A stretch of 64,000 bases of DNA from a virus: positions 1-64,000 of IMG/VR virus record IMGVR_UViG_3300042516_004698, one strand, 5' to 3'. A program made the translations under genes and the position numbers. The stretch's first letter is position 1. Every line of letters starts with the position of its first letter. Below are positions 1 through 9,042 of the stretch, in pieces. Under the pieces are notes generated by a model. The model was not told the DNA's origin, made no database searches, and saw nothing but the letters and a program-made list of their open reading frames with translations.

Positions 1-12
1 AACACGGAGGTT
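1..12 (+). promoter_or_regulatory. CsrA-consensus SD hairpin, truncated by the window start
   Basis: AAC-ACGGAG-GTT; contains ACACGGAGGT, matching (A/U)CANGGANG(U/A), just before the start codon at 14 or 17. Confidence 0.55.
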
Positions 13-13
13 A

Positions 14-763
14 GTGATGGCTATTGTAAATTCAGAGCTGCTGCGGCTCGCCAAAGAACGTTTTAGCAAGTCGGCTGTCGTCATGAACCCGGCCGTTGAT
101 CCTAACGCCGCTGCCGGCGCTGCTGGAATGCCGCCGGCAGATCCCGCTATGGGCGGAGCCCCGCCGCAAGATCCTGCAATGGCCGGCGCTCCCCCGGTTG
201 ACCCAGCTATGGCAGCCGTCGCCGGTCCGCCTATGGGCGGCGGCATGGGCGCTCCTGCGCCAGCACCGGCGCCTGCGCCTGCCGCACCGGCCGCGCCTGC
301 GCAGCAGAAGCTGAAACCTGAACAAATGATGCAGATGATTGATTATCGTCTGTATAACATGCAGCAGCAGCTTACCGCGATCATGAACGCAATGGGTGTG
401 CAGCTCCCGCCCGAAGCCATCGTGCTGCCACCGGGCTCGACCTCTGCACCGCCAGCCGAACAGGCGCTTCCCGGCGGTACCGGCGCACCACCCGCGGCCC
501 CTGCCCCGGCTGGCGACCCCGCTGCAGCTCAATTACCGCAAGACGTTTACGCCGGGGCTGATCCGGCGCAAACCGGCGGGGCCGTAGCGCCTATTCCGCC
601 AACAAAGGCCGCGTGGTGGCAGCTCGCTGACGCGCCGAAAGCTGCGTCATATATCGGCGACCCCGTTCCCGCGAACAACGAAGCCGAGCAGCCAATTAAT
701 CTGCAAGTTTCAGCCGGAGCCGCTTCGGCGTTACTGCGGAGCCTGACGCAAAATGCGCGTTAA
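14..763 (+). CDS. Pro/Ala/Gly/Met-rich putative head-associated protein
   Basis: Strong SD; DPAMxGAPP repeats; KSA, KAA and KAAS motifs; real start may be ATG 17. Confidence 0.7.
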   Translation: MMAIVNSELLRLAKERFSKSAVVMNPAVDPNAAAGAAGMPPADPAMGGAPPQDPAMAGAPPVDPAMAAVAGPPMGGGMGAPAPAPAPAPAAPAAPAQQKLKPEQMMQMIDYRLYNMQQQLTAIMNAMGVQLPPEAIVLPPGSTSAPPAEQALPGGTGAPPAAPAPAGDPAAAQLPQDVYAGADPAQTGGAVAPIPPTKAAWWQLADAPKAASYIGDPVPANNEAEQPINLQVSAGAASALLRSLTQNAR

Positions 764-995
764 ATCGCAGCACTTCTTGCAGCCGACGGTAACTGCCGCG
801 CACAGCGTTATTCTTGAGGATAACGCCGGCAATATCATTTTCGTGGCTGTAGAAGGCGACGACCACAGCATTGTTACAGCCACAGCCGGCGACAAAGACT
901 TTGCTGGACTAGTAAAAGCGTTGGGAATCGACAAAACGACGATTGTGCGTGAAGTGAAGGTAAAATCAGTAGAAGAGATGTCGAGGTTGTTCTAA
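753..995 (+). CDS. hypothetical protein
   Basis: 80 aa ORF overlapping both neighbours (TAATG junction with the RNAP gene). Confidence 0.7.
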   Translation: MRVKSQHFLQPTVTAAHSVILEDNAGNIIFVAVEGDDHSIVTATAGDKDFAGLVKALGIDKTTIVREVKVKSVEEMSRLF

Positions 996-2857
996 TGCTT
1001 AAAACAACACTGGGCCAATTACTGATTAATGACGCCTTACCGGCTGATCTCCAAGACTACAACCGCGTTCTGACAAAAAAGAACATGACGGCGCTGGCAA
1101 CGGAGATAGCAAAACGGTATCCGGACAAGTACCGCGATATTACAAAGCGGCTTCAAGACGTTGGGCGTGACACGTCATACACCACAAACGGGTTATCCGT
1201 CGGTCTTGACGCTATCAGACCAACGATATCCGCGCTTAAGAAGCAGCACGAGGTAAGACAGCGCTTACGTGGCATCCTTGCCGACCGCGCACTATCTGAT
1301 AAAGCGCGTAATCTCAAAATTCTCGAGATGACGTCGACAGCGCAAAAAGAACTTGTAGACAGCGTATACAAAGACGCTGAAGAGCAAGACAACCCGCTGT
1401 TCCATCAAGTGTCAGCCGGCATTAAAGGCAATAAATTCCAATTGAATAGCTTGCTTGGCGCAGACCTGCAATACGTCGATCACAAGAACGACCCGATCCC
1501 GATTCCTGTGATGCGGAGCTACAGTCAGGGCCTGCGTCCGGTAGAGTATTTCGCTGGAGCGTTCGGTACGCGCAAGGGGCTAATCGATTTAAAGACTGCG
1601 ACGTCTGATGCTGGCTTTTTCGCAAAGCAGCTTACGCAAATGAACCATCGGTTGCTCGTCACAAAAGACGATGATGACGACGTGCCAGACGAAGGTCGCG
1701 GGTATCCTACAGACGTTGACGACGTTGATAACGAAGGCGCGCTACTGGCGCGTGGTGTAGGGCCGTATAAGCGGAATACGATACTGACGCCGAAAATACT
1801 CAAAGACCTGAAAAACATGGGCATATCCGACATACTGGTGCGCAGCCCGACAGTAGGCGGCCCAGATGACGGCGGCGTATTTGCTAAAGACGTAGGTTAC
1901 CGCGAGAAAGATCGTTTACCGCCGATTGGCGACTATGTCGGAATTGCCGCGGCCCAAGCGCTCGCCGAACCAGTCACGCAGGCGCAGATCAGCTCTAAGC
2001 ACTCTGGCGGCGTTGGCGGAGCTGGATCTATTGCTGGCTTTAAAGCGCTAAACGCGCTTGTACAGGTTCCCGAGAAGTACCCGAACGGCGCTACGCACTC
2101 TACTGTTGACGGCACAGTGCAAGAAATACGCCCAGCTGCGCAAGGCGGCAATTACGTGACCGTTAATGGCGTAGATCATTACGTACCAACAGATGTCGCC
2201 ATTAACGTTAAAAAGGGCGACACGCTAGAAGCTGGCGATGTTGTGTCCGCTGGCATGCCAAGTCCGGGTGAGATCGTAAAGCACAAAGGCATCGGCGAGG
2301 GCCGGCGTTATTTCGTCCAAGCTATGCGGCAAGTAATGCAGAACAGCGGAATTACGGCGCATCGGCGGAATATCGAGCTTTTATCCCGCGGGCTAATCAA
2401 TCACGTGCGGCTTACAGACGAATACGGCGACTATGTTCCCGATGACGTAGTGCCGTATTCTGCGCTTGAGCGTACATGGCAGCCTAGAACGGGCAGCGTA
2501 CGCGGTAATCCAAAAGGTATGATGGGGCACTACCTCGAAAAGCCAGCACTGCATTACTCAATCGGTACAAAGATTGGTAAGTCTGTAGTAGACAATTTGA
2601 ACAAGTATGGCGTTAAGGACATCGAGGCCCATAAAGAGCCGCCACCGTTTGAGCCAGAAATGGTGCGCGGTATGGCGAATGTCGCGTCGGATCCTGACTG
2701 GATGACGCGCATGCTGGGCTCTTATCAACAAAAAAGCCTGCTGGGCGCTACTCATCGCGGCGGCGTCAGCGATACAGCCGGTACGAGTTTTGTACCAACG
2801 TTAGCGCGTGGTGAAACGTTTGGTTTAGGCGGCGCAACAAGTGGCTGGAAACCGTAA
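995..2857 (+). CDS. rpoC: DNA-directed RNA polymerase beta' subunit, C-terminal half (split subunit)
   Basis: Bridge helix GLRPVEYFAGAFGTRKGLIDLKTATSDAGFFAKQL; trigger loop GDYVGIAAAQALAEPVTQAQISSKHSGG; jaw VKKGDTLEAGDVV; HRRNIELLSR; no NADFDGD motif. Confidence 0.93.
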   Translation: MLKTTLGQLLINDALPADLQDYNRVLTKKNMTALATEIAKRYPDKYRDITKRLQDVGRDTSYTTNGLSVGLDAIRPTISALKKQHEVRQRLRGILADRALSDKARNLKILEMTSTAQKELVDSVYKDAEEQDNPLFHQVSAGIKGNKFQLNSLLGADLQYVDHKNDPIPIPVMRSYSQGLRPVEYFAGAFGTRKGLIDLKTATSDAGFFAKQLTQMNHRLLVTKDDDDDVPDEGRGYPTDVDDVDNEGALLARGVGPYKRNTILTPKILKDLKNMGISDILVRSPTVGGPDDGGVFAKDVGYREKDRLPPIGDYVGIAAAQALAEPVTQAQISSKHSGGVGGAGSIAGFKALNALVQVPEKYPNGATHSTVDGTVQEIRPAAQGGNYVTVNGVDHYVPTDVAINVKKGDTLEAGDVVSAGMPSPGEIVKHKGIGEGRRYFVQAMRQVMQNSGITAHRRNIELLSRGLINHVRLTDEYGDYVPDDVVPYSALERTWQPRTGSVRGNPKGMMGHYLEKPALHYSIGTKIGKSVVDNLNKYGVKDIEAHKEPPPFEPEMVRGMANVASDPDWMTRMLGSYQQKSLLGATHRGGVSDTAGTSFVPTLARGETFGLGGATSGWKP

Positions 2858-2928
2858 TTTCAAATAACAGTGGATTATTGGGCGAAATCAAGGTAAATTA
2901 TCATTACCGAATAGTGTTCGCCCAATCA

Positions 2929-2944
2929 GCCGCATGGAGGTGGC
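2929..2944 (+). promoter_or_regulatory. CsrA-type SD hairpin
   Basis: GCCGC-ATGGAG-GTGGC stem-loop (one G-U pair) immediately before GTG 2946. Confidence 0.55.
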
Positions 2945-2945
2945 C

Positions 2946-5342
2946 GTGGCTACAAATTACAGCAAAAATGTGTCCAATAAGATCGACAAGCTGCGCAATT
3001 ACGCCCGCAATGGCGTAAAAGCTGCGGCGTTGGGCGGCAAGGGCGACGACGTACCGTTTGAGCAGGCTTTCAGCAATCTCGCTCACGCGTACCTGCAAGA
3101 CAAGGCTCCCGGCCTGATGGATCACGAGATTGGCTTCCAGCTGCTCGACCGGAACGCTGAAAATACGAAGGCTGTCGGCGTATTTGCGTTTAAAGTCGGC
3201 TCGCTGTGGTTGTACGCGCCGATGTTCTTCTTAAACGGCGACCTGAAGGGCCACGAACTCCTGTATCTCAAGAATCAGGACATGTTCGTTCCGCTCAAGG
3301 AAAACTGGATTAACTATCTTGTTAACCGGAAGCCAAACATCCTCGGTCAAAATGTAGATCGCAACTTATCGCAATTAGGCCAGCGGCAGCCTGACTTTAC
3401 TCAGATGAGCCGCTCGCCGTCTAAGTTCGGTTCGGCCAAGCCGACGCTTAAGGAAATGGTCACAGCGGTCATGCCGGCCCTTGCCAAGACGGCCACCATG
3501 AATACAGCCCGCGCGCTCGAGGATATGGGCAAGCAGTTAAATCTTGCGCAGTTCTTGAAGGAAGCCAAGCTGACCACAATTGACTTTCTGGTCAAGAGCT
3601 GCCAGCACGCCCCGCAACTGGCGTCAGCGCTGGAGCAGTTCCACGGCTTGAGCATCGTTAAAGAAGCGATTGACGAAGCGACACGGCGTGAATCGGCTAC
3701 GAAGATTGCCAGCGTGCTGTCTGACGCACCGGCAGTGTCTCCGGCCGTTAAAGGGCTGCAGATTATCACGATCGGCGTGACAATGCAGACAAAGCTCCCG
3801 CCAGAGACGACGGAAGAAGATCAGGAAAAGCTGCTCCGTGACGGTGTGCTTATTCTCGATCAGCGCGACCGCGATAACGTCTCTATTCCGTATAACATTC
3901 AAGTTGAAAAAAAGCTGTTCAACCCCACCGAAAGCGGCCTGTACGAAATTCTCGTCAAGCCGGGTGACGTTGAGCGTTGCTACGTGGCTGTCTATCCGCA
4001 GGGCTCAACCAAGCGCGAAAAGATGGTAACAGTCGTCCGCGTAGACGGGCAGCCTGACTGGCTGAACACCCGCGCGGATCACGTGTTTGCGTTATCGCGC
4101 GTAGAGGGCGACGAGTTCACCAAGTGGTTTGACGCGCTGCCCGAGGCTAACAGTGTATCTGGCAAATCTTCGCGATACATGGCGATCAGCAAGAACGGCG
4201 ACACGACTGTACCTTTCCGCGTTTTGCGCGAGTACGGCACAAGCGGACAAGACACGGCTGTGTACGAAGTTCACATGGAAGATCACTGCAAGTACCGTAT
4301 GCCCGGCGACATTGCGGGCTGCTGCTACACAGATCCGCTGAACTACGACAAATACCGCGACGGCGTGCGTATTCACTTAAACGGCAAGAAGGGTTCAAAG
4401 CTGCGCGCTAGCGTGGGCGACGTTTATGTGCCGACAGGCTTTAAGTTGCTCAAGGTCAGCAAGGGCGAAGATGATACCGATTCGCCGGAAGGGCAGGACA
4501 GCTGCGGTTGCGGAGAAAGCAAGCAGCCGCCGTTAATGCCGGGAAGCTTGGCTGACGCCCAGCTTGAGCTTATGGGCAAGACTGCCGCATTGGTCGTGCG
4601 CCATAACGGCTCGACTATCGAAATTAATGACGGCGACCGTATTAGCGAAAAGCAGGCGCTGATTGCGCTGGTCGGCACACACGGCTTGCGTGAAGACGCC
4701 GCCCGCGAAGTGCTGAAGCAGGCGTCAGTAAAGAAGCGCTTTGAGTGCCGTGTTAAGTACGCAGCGCCATACGGCGCGCCGATGATGATTAATGATGCGC
4801 CCGGTGCTCCGTCGATGCCTGAGCCTGTTATGGGCGGCGAGACGGTGCTTAACACTACGACACCGACACAGCTCGGTATCGATCAAGGCGTACCGGTTCC
4901 GGGTATGAGCGCCATGCGGACAGACCGCTCGGTGTATAACCCGAACCCGATGTACGACTCGACCCCGATGAGCCGGATGGGCGATAAAGATCTGCAGTCC
5001 GTGCTCGACGCTGCTAACTCCGGTCAACGCGAAGTATTTGATACCGCCATGATTGGCAGCATGCTCCGCGCCGTCCGAGACGACTCGCTGGTCGACCGCT
5101 ACATGGGCGAGCTGACTAAGGGACTCGATAAGCTTGGTCGCATTTTATTCATGTTCTACTGGCACGGTGACCGGTTTGCTGATCGTTACGGCAAGTCGGA
5201 TATGCCGGAACTGGAAGACTCGCTGCGCAACGCTTTTGAGATGCTTGGCGACGTAATTCTCTTCCTCAAGCAGAAGACTATCGAGCCGTATCCGGATACT
5301 GCGGCGCAAGACGTGGATCTTGGCGCTGTCGCAAATTCTTAA
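2946..5342 (+). CDS. large putative internal head protein
   Basis: About 800 aa in the head cluster; KTA, KEA, KIAS, KTAA and KYAA motifs; the ORF-track ATG 2934 lies within the SD, so in-frame GTG 2946 is preferred. Confidence 0.65.
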   Translation: MATNYSKNVSNKIDKLRNYARNGVKAAALGGKGDDVPFEQAFSNLAHAYLQDKAPGLMDHEIGFQLLDRNAENTKAVGVFAFKVGSLWLYAPMFFLNGDLKGHELLYLKNQDMFVPLKENWINYLVNRKPNILGQNVDRNLSQLGQRQPDFTQMSRSPSKFGSAKPTLKEMVTAVMPALAKTATMNTARALEDMGKQLNLAQFLKEAKLTTIDFLVKSCQHAPQLASALEQFHGLSIVKEAIDEATRRESATKIASVLSDAPAVSPAVKGLQIITIGVTMQTKLPPETTEEDQEKLLRDGVLILDQRDRDNVSIPYNIQVEKKLFNPTESGLYEILVKPGDVERCYVAVYPQGSTKREKMVTVVRVDGQPDWLNTRADHVFALSRVEGDEFTKWFDALPEANSVSGKSSRYMAISKNGDTTVPFRVLREYGTSGQDTAVYEVHMEDHCKYRMPGDIAGCCYTDPLNYDKYRDGVRIHLNGKKGSKLRASVGDVYVPTGFKLLKVSKGEDDTDSPEGQDSCGCGESKQPPLMPGSLADAQLELMGKTAALVVRHNGSTIEINDGDRISEKQALIALVGTHGLREDAAREVLKQASVKKRFECRVKYAAPYGAPMMINDAPGAPSMPEPVMGGETVLNTTTPTQLGIDQGVPVPGMSAMRTDRSVYNPNPMYDSTPMSRMGDKDLQSVLDAANSGQREVFDTAMIGSMLRAVRDDSLVDRYMGELTKGLDKLGRILFMFYWHGDRFADRYGKSDMPELEDSLRNAFEMLGDVILFLKQKTIEPYPDTAAQDVDLGAVANS

Positions 5343-5352
5343 TAGGTGAAAC

Positions 5353-5748
5353 ATGGCTAGCACTATTTGGTCGGGCGAAACAACGTTTTCGGCGACGAGC
5401 GGCAGCGAAACAACGGTGACGCTTAATGTACCGCACCGCGGGATTATTCGCGGCTACAGTTTGTCGCAGACTAGTGGCGCGAATGCGGGGGCAGCCGCGG
5501 CGTTATACACAAGCAATCAAGCTACAGCGCCTAACAGCGAACTGCCGGCCGAGGCGTTTCACGTTCTTGATATTACGCTGCCAACCGCGGCGAAGATTGA
5601 CAACCACAGCCTCAGCGTGGCTTACGTGAATCGTGACGGTACGCCAACAAACGGCAAGCGGTACCTGTATTTAAAGATTACGCCAGCGGGTTCCGGCGCT
5701 AAAAATTTTGTGTTCTCGATAACCGTCGAAACGCCAATGCTGCGGTGA
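5353..5748 (+). CDS. small beta-rich hypothetical protein, possibly virion
   Basis: AGGTG SD; Thr/Ser/Ala-rich beta-strand pattern. Confidence 0.7.
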   Translation: MASTIWSGETTFSATSGSETTVTLNVPHRGIIRGYSLSQTSGANAGAAAALYTSNQATAPNSELPAEAFHVLDITLPTAAKIDNHSLSVAYVNRDGTPTNGKRYLYLKITPAGSGAKNFVFSITVETPMLR

Positions 5749-6693
5749 TTGCACAGTTATACAATGCTTCAAGCGCTAAAAGACAACCCGCGGCGTGCTC
5801 CAAACTGGCGGTGGCTCCGGGCTGTGCAAATAGACACCGGCGGGCCTCGTGCCTCCAAGGCCATCGACGGCTCCGCCGGTTTTACGTGGATTCGGCGCGC
5901 TAGCCGGTTAAAGCGCCGGCACGCACTTGTAGCCAATCGCCCGAACGACATCTATTCGCTTGTCAGGATGGATAAAGACTTGTTCTGGGCGCACTCGATG
6001 TGGGCCGATGACAAAGCCCCGACACGCTGGGCAATTGAAGCCAGAATCCTTGCCGGCGAAACAGACGAGGAAATCGCTAAGAAGGTCGGGTGCGAGCCGG
6101 GCGTGATCAGCGCCTACGAAGCCGTTTTCTTCGACGTTCGCGAAAAGCTGGCGCATCAAGAATACGTCGTAAACGTCGTTATGGCCGACGCTGTAACGCG
6201 CGGCCTCACCGAGCGCCAGTACGACCTTCTCTGGAAAATGTTCGGCTACAAGGGCGGCGGTCACGTGCTCGACGCCATGATCAGCAAATTCACGGATATC
6301 AAACGGCCTGAAAAGTCTGATGATGTCTCAGCCTTTTTCCAAGAATCGGCTATTAACTCGATGCGCCACAAAGCGGCTGTGGCTGCGTTCACCGTACCGA
6401 TTAATACGCATACCCAGCTCCTGCTTCTAGACGCCTACGTTAAATACGTGGAAATCGAACGGACTACGGAAAACGCTAGTAAAGCCAGTACAAATATTGT
6501 GCAAAATATCGGCACGATGCTCTCGTCGCTACCGTTCAAAATTGGCACAAAACTGGATTCCGAGGGTGATAAAATGGTACCCTTTGATAATGGCGCCGCC
6601 GAATTACGTGGTGACGAATTAATGATTGTGGCTGCCGGCGGCAAGTTAACGAATCAACCCGCGCTAGAAAATTTACGGTTCCCGGGAGAATAA
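5749..6693 (+). CDS. hypothetical protein
   Basis: Long ORF filling the operon; HTH-like ETDEEIAKKVGCEPGVI; start uncertain (ATG 5764 possible). Confidence 0.7.
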   Translation: MHSYTMLQALKDNPRRAPNWRWLRAVQIDTGGPRASKAIDGSAGFTWIRRASRLKRRHALVANRPNDIYSLVRMDKDLFWAHSMWADDKAPTRWAIEARILAGETDEEIAKKVGCEPGVISAYEAVFFDVREKLAHQEYVVNVVMADAVTRGLTERQYDLLWKMFGYKGGGHVLDAMISKFTDIKRPEKSDDVSAFFQESAINSMRHKAAVAAFTVPINTHTQLLLLDAYVKYVEIERTTENASKASTNIVQNIGTMLSSLPFKIGTKLDSEGDKMVPFDNGAAELRGDELMIVAAGGKLTNQPALENLRFPGE

Positions 6694-6696
6694 CGC

Positions 6697-8025
6697 ATGC
6701 GCCAATTAAGCAAACAAGCAGAAGCGAAACTGCTCACGGCAATTGAAAAAGCCGCCGAGCGTGTTAACGCTGGCGATGAGCCAAACGCCGCGATCATAAA
6801 AATCGCGTCGGATGAGAACATGCCGGCGGGGCACGTGCAGCTGATGGTGCACGCCTACAACACCGGCCGCACCACGACGCAGCGCGAGAAGGGCGCGTCG
6901 ACAACCGAGAAGTCGGCTGATTTCAAGCTGGCCGACGGCGACGCGATTCTCGAGGCGCTGTTTCCAAAAGAAGTTAAGACAGCGGCAGAAATGGTTAAAG
7001 CCGCTGCGGTTTCGACAGAATACGCCGTGCCGCCAACCGACTTTATTGCGCGCCGGTACGGCGGCATGCAGAAAGCGGCCTCGGCAACTGTGGCGCTTCC
7101 AGAAAAGACATGGACGCCGCCGCCACGTGACGAGCACGCGGCTGCCATGCGCGCTAACAGCGAGAAAATCGCTACCAAGCGCGCAGAAGAAGAGCTGCGG
7201 CGGCAAGCTACTGCGGCGTACGGCAAAGCAGCCAGCGCCATGGAGCAGCTGCACGAGTATTTCCGGCGCCCCGGCAATATGGCGTTTCAAGACGCTGTAC
7301 GCGAGACCGGCTTACGGCACGGCGATGCGGCAGTCAGCGTGCTGAAAAAAGTTGCGGCGGTTTATCCGCATATCGAAAAGCAGGCTGCAACCGGCAAGCA
7401 CGTATTCGGCCAATGCGAGCCGTGCGAACTGGCGCAGAACGTTCTGTCGGCAGTTGAAGACTATAACGCGGCCCAGCAGCGCGTACCGGTTAAGACAGCG
7501 GCGGCCAAAAAGGCTGAGCCTGCCACCATTACCGGTTCAGTGCTTTACAACCCGCTCGAGGAGTCACTCGAATTAAAAAAAGCTGATGCGTTGCCGTCAT
7601 TTCCGGCGGGCCCACTGTCGGCAACGCGTATGCTTGGGCAGACAATGTTTGAGGGTGGTAGCAGTTATGTTAAATCGCCCGACCAGATGCGCGGCGAAGC
7701 TTTTCAAGACATCACAGATCCTGACCACGACCGAAAGCTGCGCAATATTCGCGCGCAAGGCGTTCTAGCTGACCTTGTAACAAACGACCCTGTAATCTCC
7801 GGCCACGATCCGCGCGAAGTGGCTACAGCGTTTAATGAGCTTGCCGAAGTCGCGCCAAACTTCATGGACTCTGGTGCAACGGTGCAGGCGTTATTGCGCA
7901 AGCGCTTAGAAGCCGGCCAGCTCGCTGACTTCGATATCAAGCAGCTGATGGATATGGAAAAGCTGCGCGCCGAAAAGCAGAAAGCAATTGTGCAGACACA
8001 AGAAACCGAGCGCGGTTTAATTTAA
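6697..8025 (+). CDS. putative internal head protein, K-x-A rich
   Basis: About 12 K-x-A motifs (KQA, KAA, KIAS, KSA, KTAA, KAAS, KVAA, KQAA); helical composition. Confidence 0.65.
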   Translation: MRQLSKQAEAKLLTAIEKAAERVNAGDEPNAAIIKIASDENMPAGHVQLMVHAYNTGRTTTQREKGASTTEKSADFKLADGDAILEALFPKEVKTAAEMVKAAAVSTEYAVPPTDFIARRYGGMQKAASATVALPEKTWTPPPRDEHAAAMRANSEKIATKRAEEELRRQATAAYGKAASAMEQLHEYFRRPGNMAFQDAVRETGLRHGDAAVSVLKKVAAVYPHIEKQAATGKHVFGQCEPCELAQNVLSAVEDYNAAQQRVPVKTAAAKKAEPATITGSVLYNPLEESLELKKADALPSFPAGPLSATRMLGQTMFEGGSSYVKSPDQMRGEAFQDITDPDHDRKLRNIRAQGVLADLVTNDPVISGHDPREVATAFNELAEVAPNFMDSGATVQALLRKRLEAGQLADFDIKQLMDMEKLRAEKQKAIVQTQETERGLI

Positions 8026-8035
8026 GGAATACAGC

Positions 8036-9031
8036 ATGCACGACCAGTTAGCTGAAAAATTTTCTGAGCTGTTTGCCAAGTGCGCTGCCACGGGCGACAC
8101 AGCAGAGCTGCGTAAAGAAGCCGCCGCGCACAACTTAGTTAAAGAAGCTGTCAACCCGTTACTGGCTGGCGCTATTGGCGCAGTTGGCGGCGGCGGTGCC
8201 GGATATCTCGGCACTGAAAAGAAAAAGAACAAGATGCGCAACGCGCTTTACGGCGCATTAACCGGCGGCCTCGGGTCAGCGGGTGGCGCGTTGCTTCTAA
8301 ACTCCGCGCCCGGTCTTGCCGCCGCGACCGGCCTTGCGCCTGTGAACTCCGCAGACCCGCCTATCGCCCGAGGGCCAGACGGCAAGCCTATTCCGCCGCC
8401 TATGCAGCGTTACGACAAGAACACGCCGGGCAACCCGCTCACCGCCGTCCGGGCTAAGGCCGACGCTCTCGGCGCGATAGGCGGCGCAACATTCGCAAAC
8501 GGTCTGCTGAAGCGTGTGTTCCCAAATTTAGGGCGCGGTGGCGAACTTCAGCGGCTGATCGCTGACGCCGCTAAGAACCCGGGCAAATATAAAGATGCGC
8601 CGTATCTAGCTGGCCTCAAACAATTTTTCGGTGATCCGGCTAAGTACACAGCCGCGCTGCCGCGAGCTGACGCGCCCGCGGCGGCAAGAATTACAGATAC
8701 CGGCTCACTCAGCACGAACCGTCTAAGCTCAGAAGCCGACCGCAATAACATGAGGCGCGCCTTGGGCCGCATATTGAACGTTACGCCAGCGAATAGCGGC
8801 ACGCCAGCGCAAGGTGTTCCCGGCAGGAAAGGCTATAAGCCAGCGAAGCCGCCAACTGGCGGAACCGCTGTAGACACGTTGCTGGGAGATTTAAACAACA
8901 ACAGAGCCGGTGGTCGCCGACGATGGGCAGCACGTGGCGCGGGTGGCTTGCTCGGGGGCGTGGGCACTGATTTGCTTATTCGTGCGCTGCAAAACGCAAT
9001 TACCAGCGGCGTTACGCCGCAGCAAAAATAA
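8036..9031 (+). CDS. glycine-zipper protein, putative ejected or membrane-interacting head protein
   Basis: N-terminal KCAA/KEAA/KEA, then GxxxG hydrophobic segments (LLAGAIGAVGGGGAGYLG, ALYGALTGGLGSAGGALLL, GAGGLLGGVG). Confidence 0.6.
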   Translation: MHDQLAEKFSELFAKCAATGDTAELRKEAAAHNLVKEAVNPLLAGAIGAVGGGGAGYLGTEKKKNKMRNALYGALTGGLGSAGGALLLNSAPGLAAATGLAPVNSADPPIARGPDGKPIPPPMQRYDKNTPGNPLTAVRAKADALGAIGGATFANGLLKRVFPNLGRGGELQRLIADAAKNPGKYKDAPYLAGLKQFFGDPAKYTAALPRADAPAAARITDTGSLSTNRLSSEADRNNMRRALGRILNVTPANSGTPAQGVPGRKGYKPAKPPTGGTAVDTLLGDLNNNRAGGRRRWAARGAGGLLGGVGTDLLIRALQNAITSGVTPQQK

Positions 9032-9042
9032 AGGAATAGCGT

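Noticed and set aside
995-2857. Host chromosomal rpoC or a pseudogene
   Set aside because: Intact, translationally coupled ORF among phage genes, strongly diverged, with no rpoB or ribosomal protein context.
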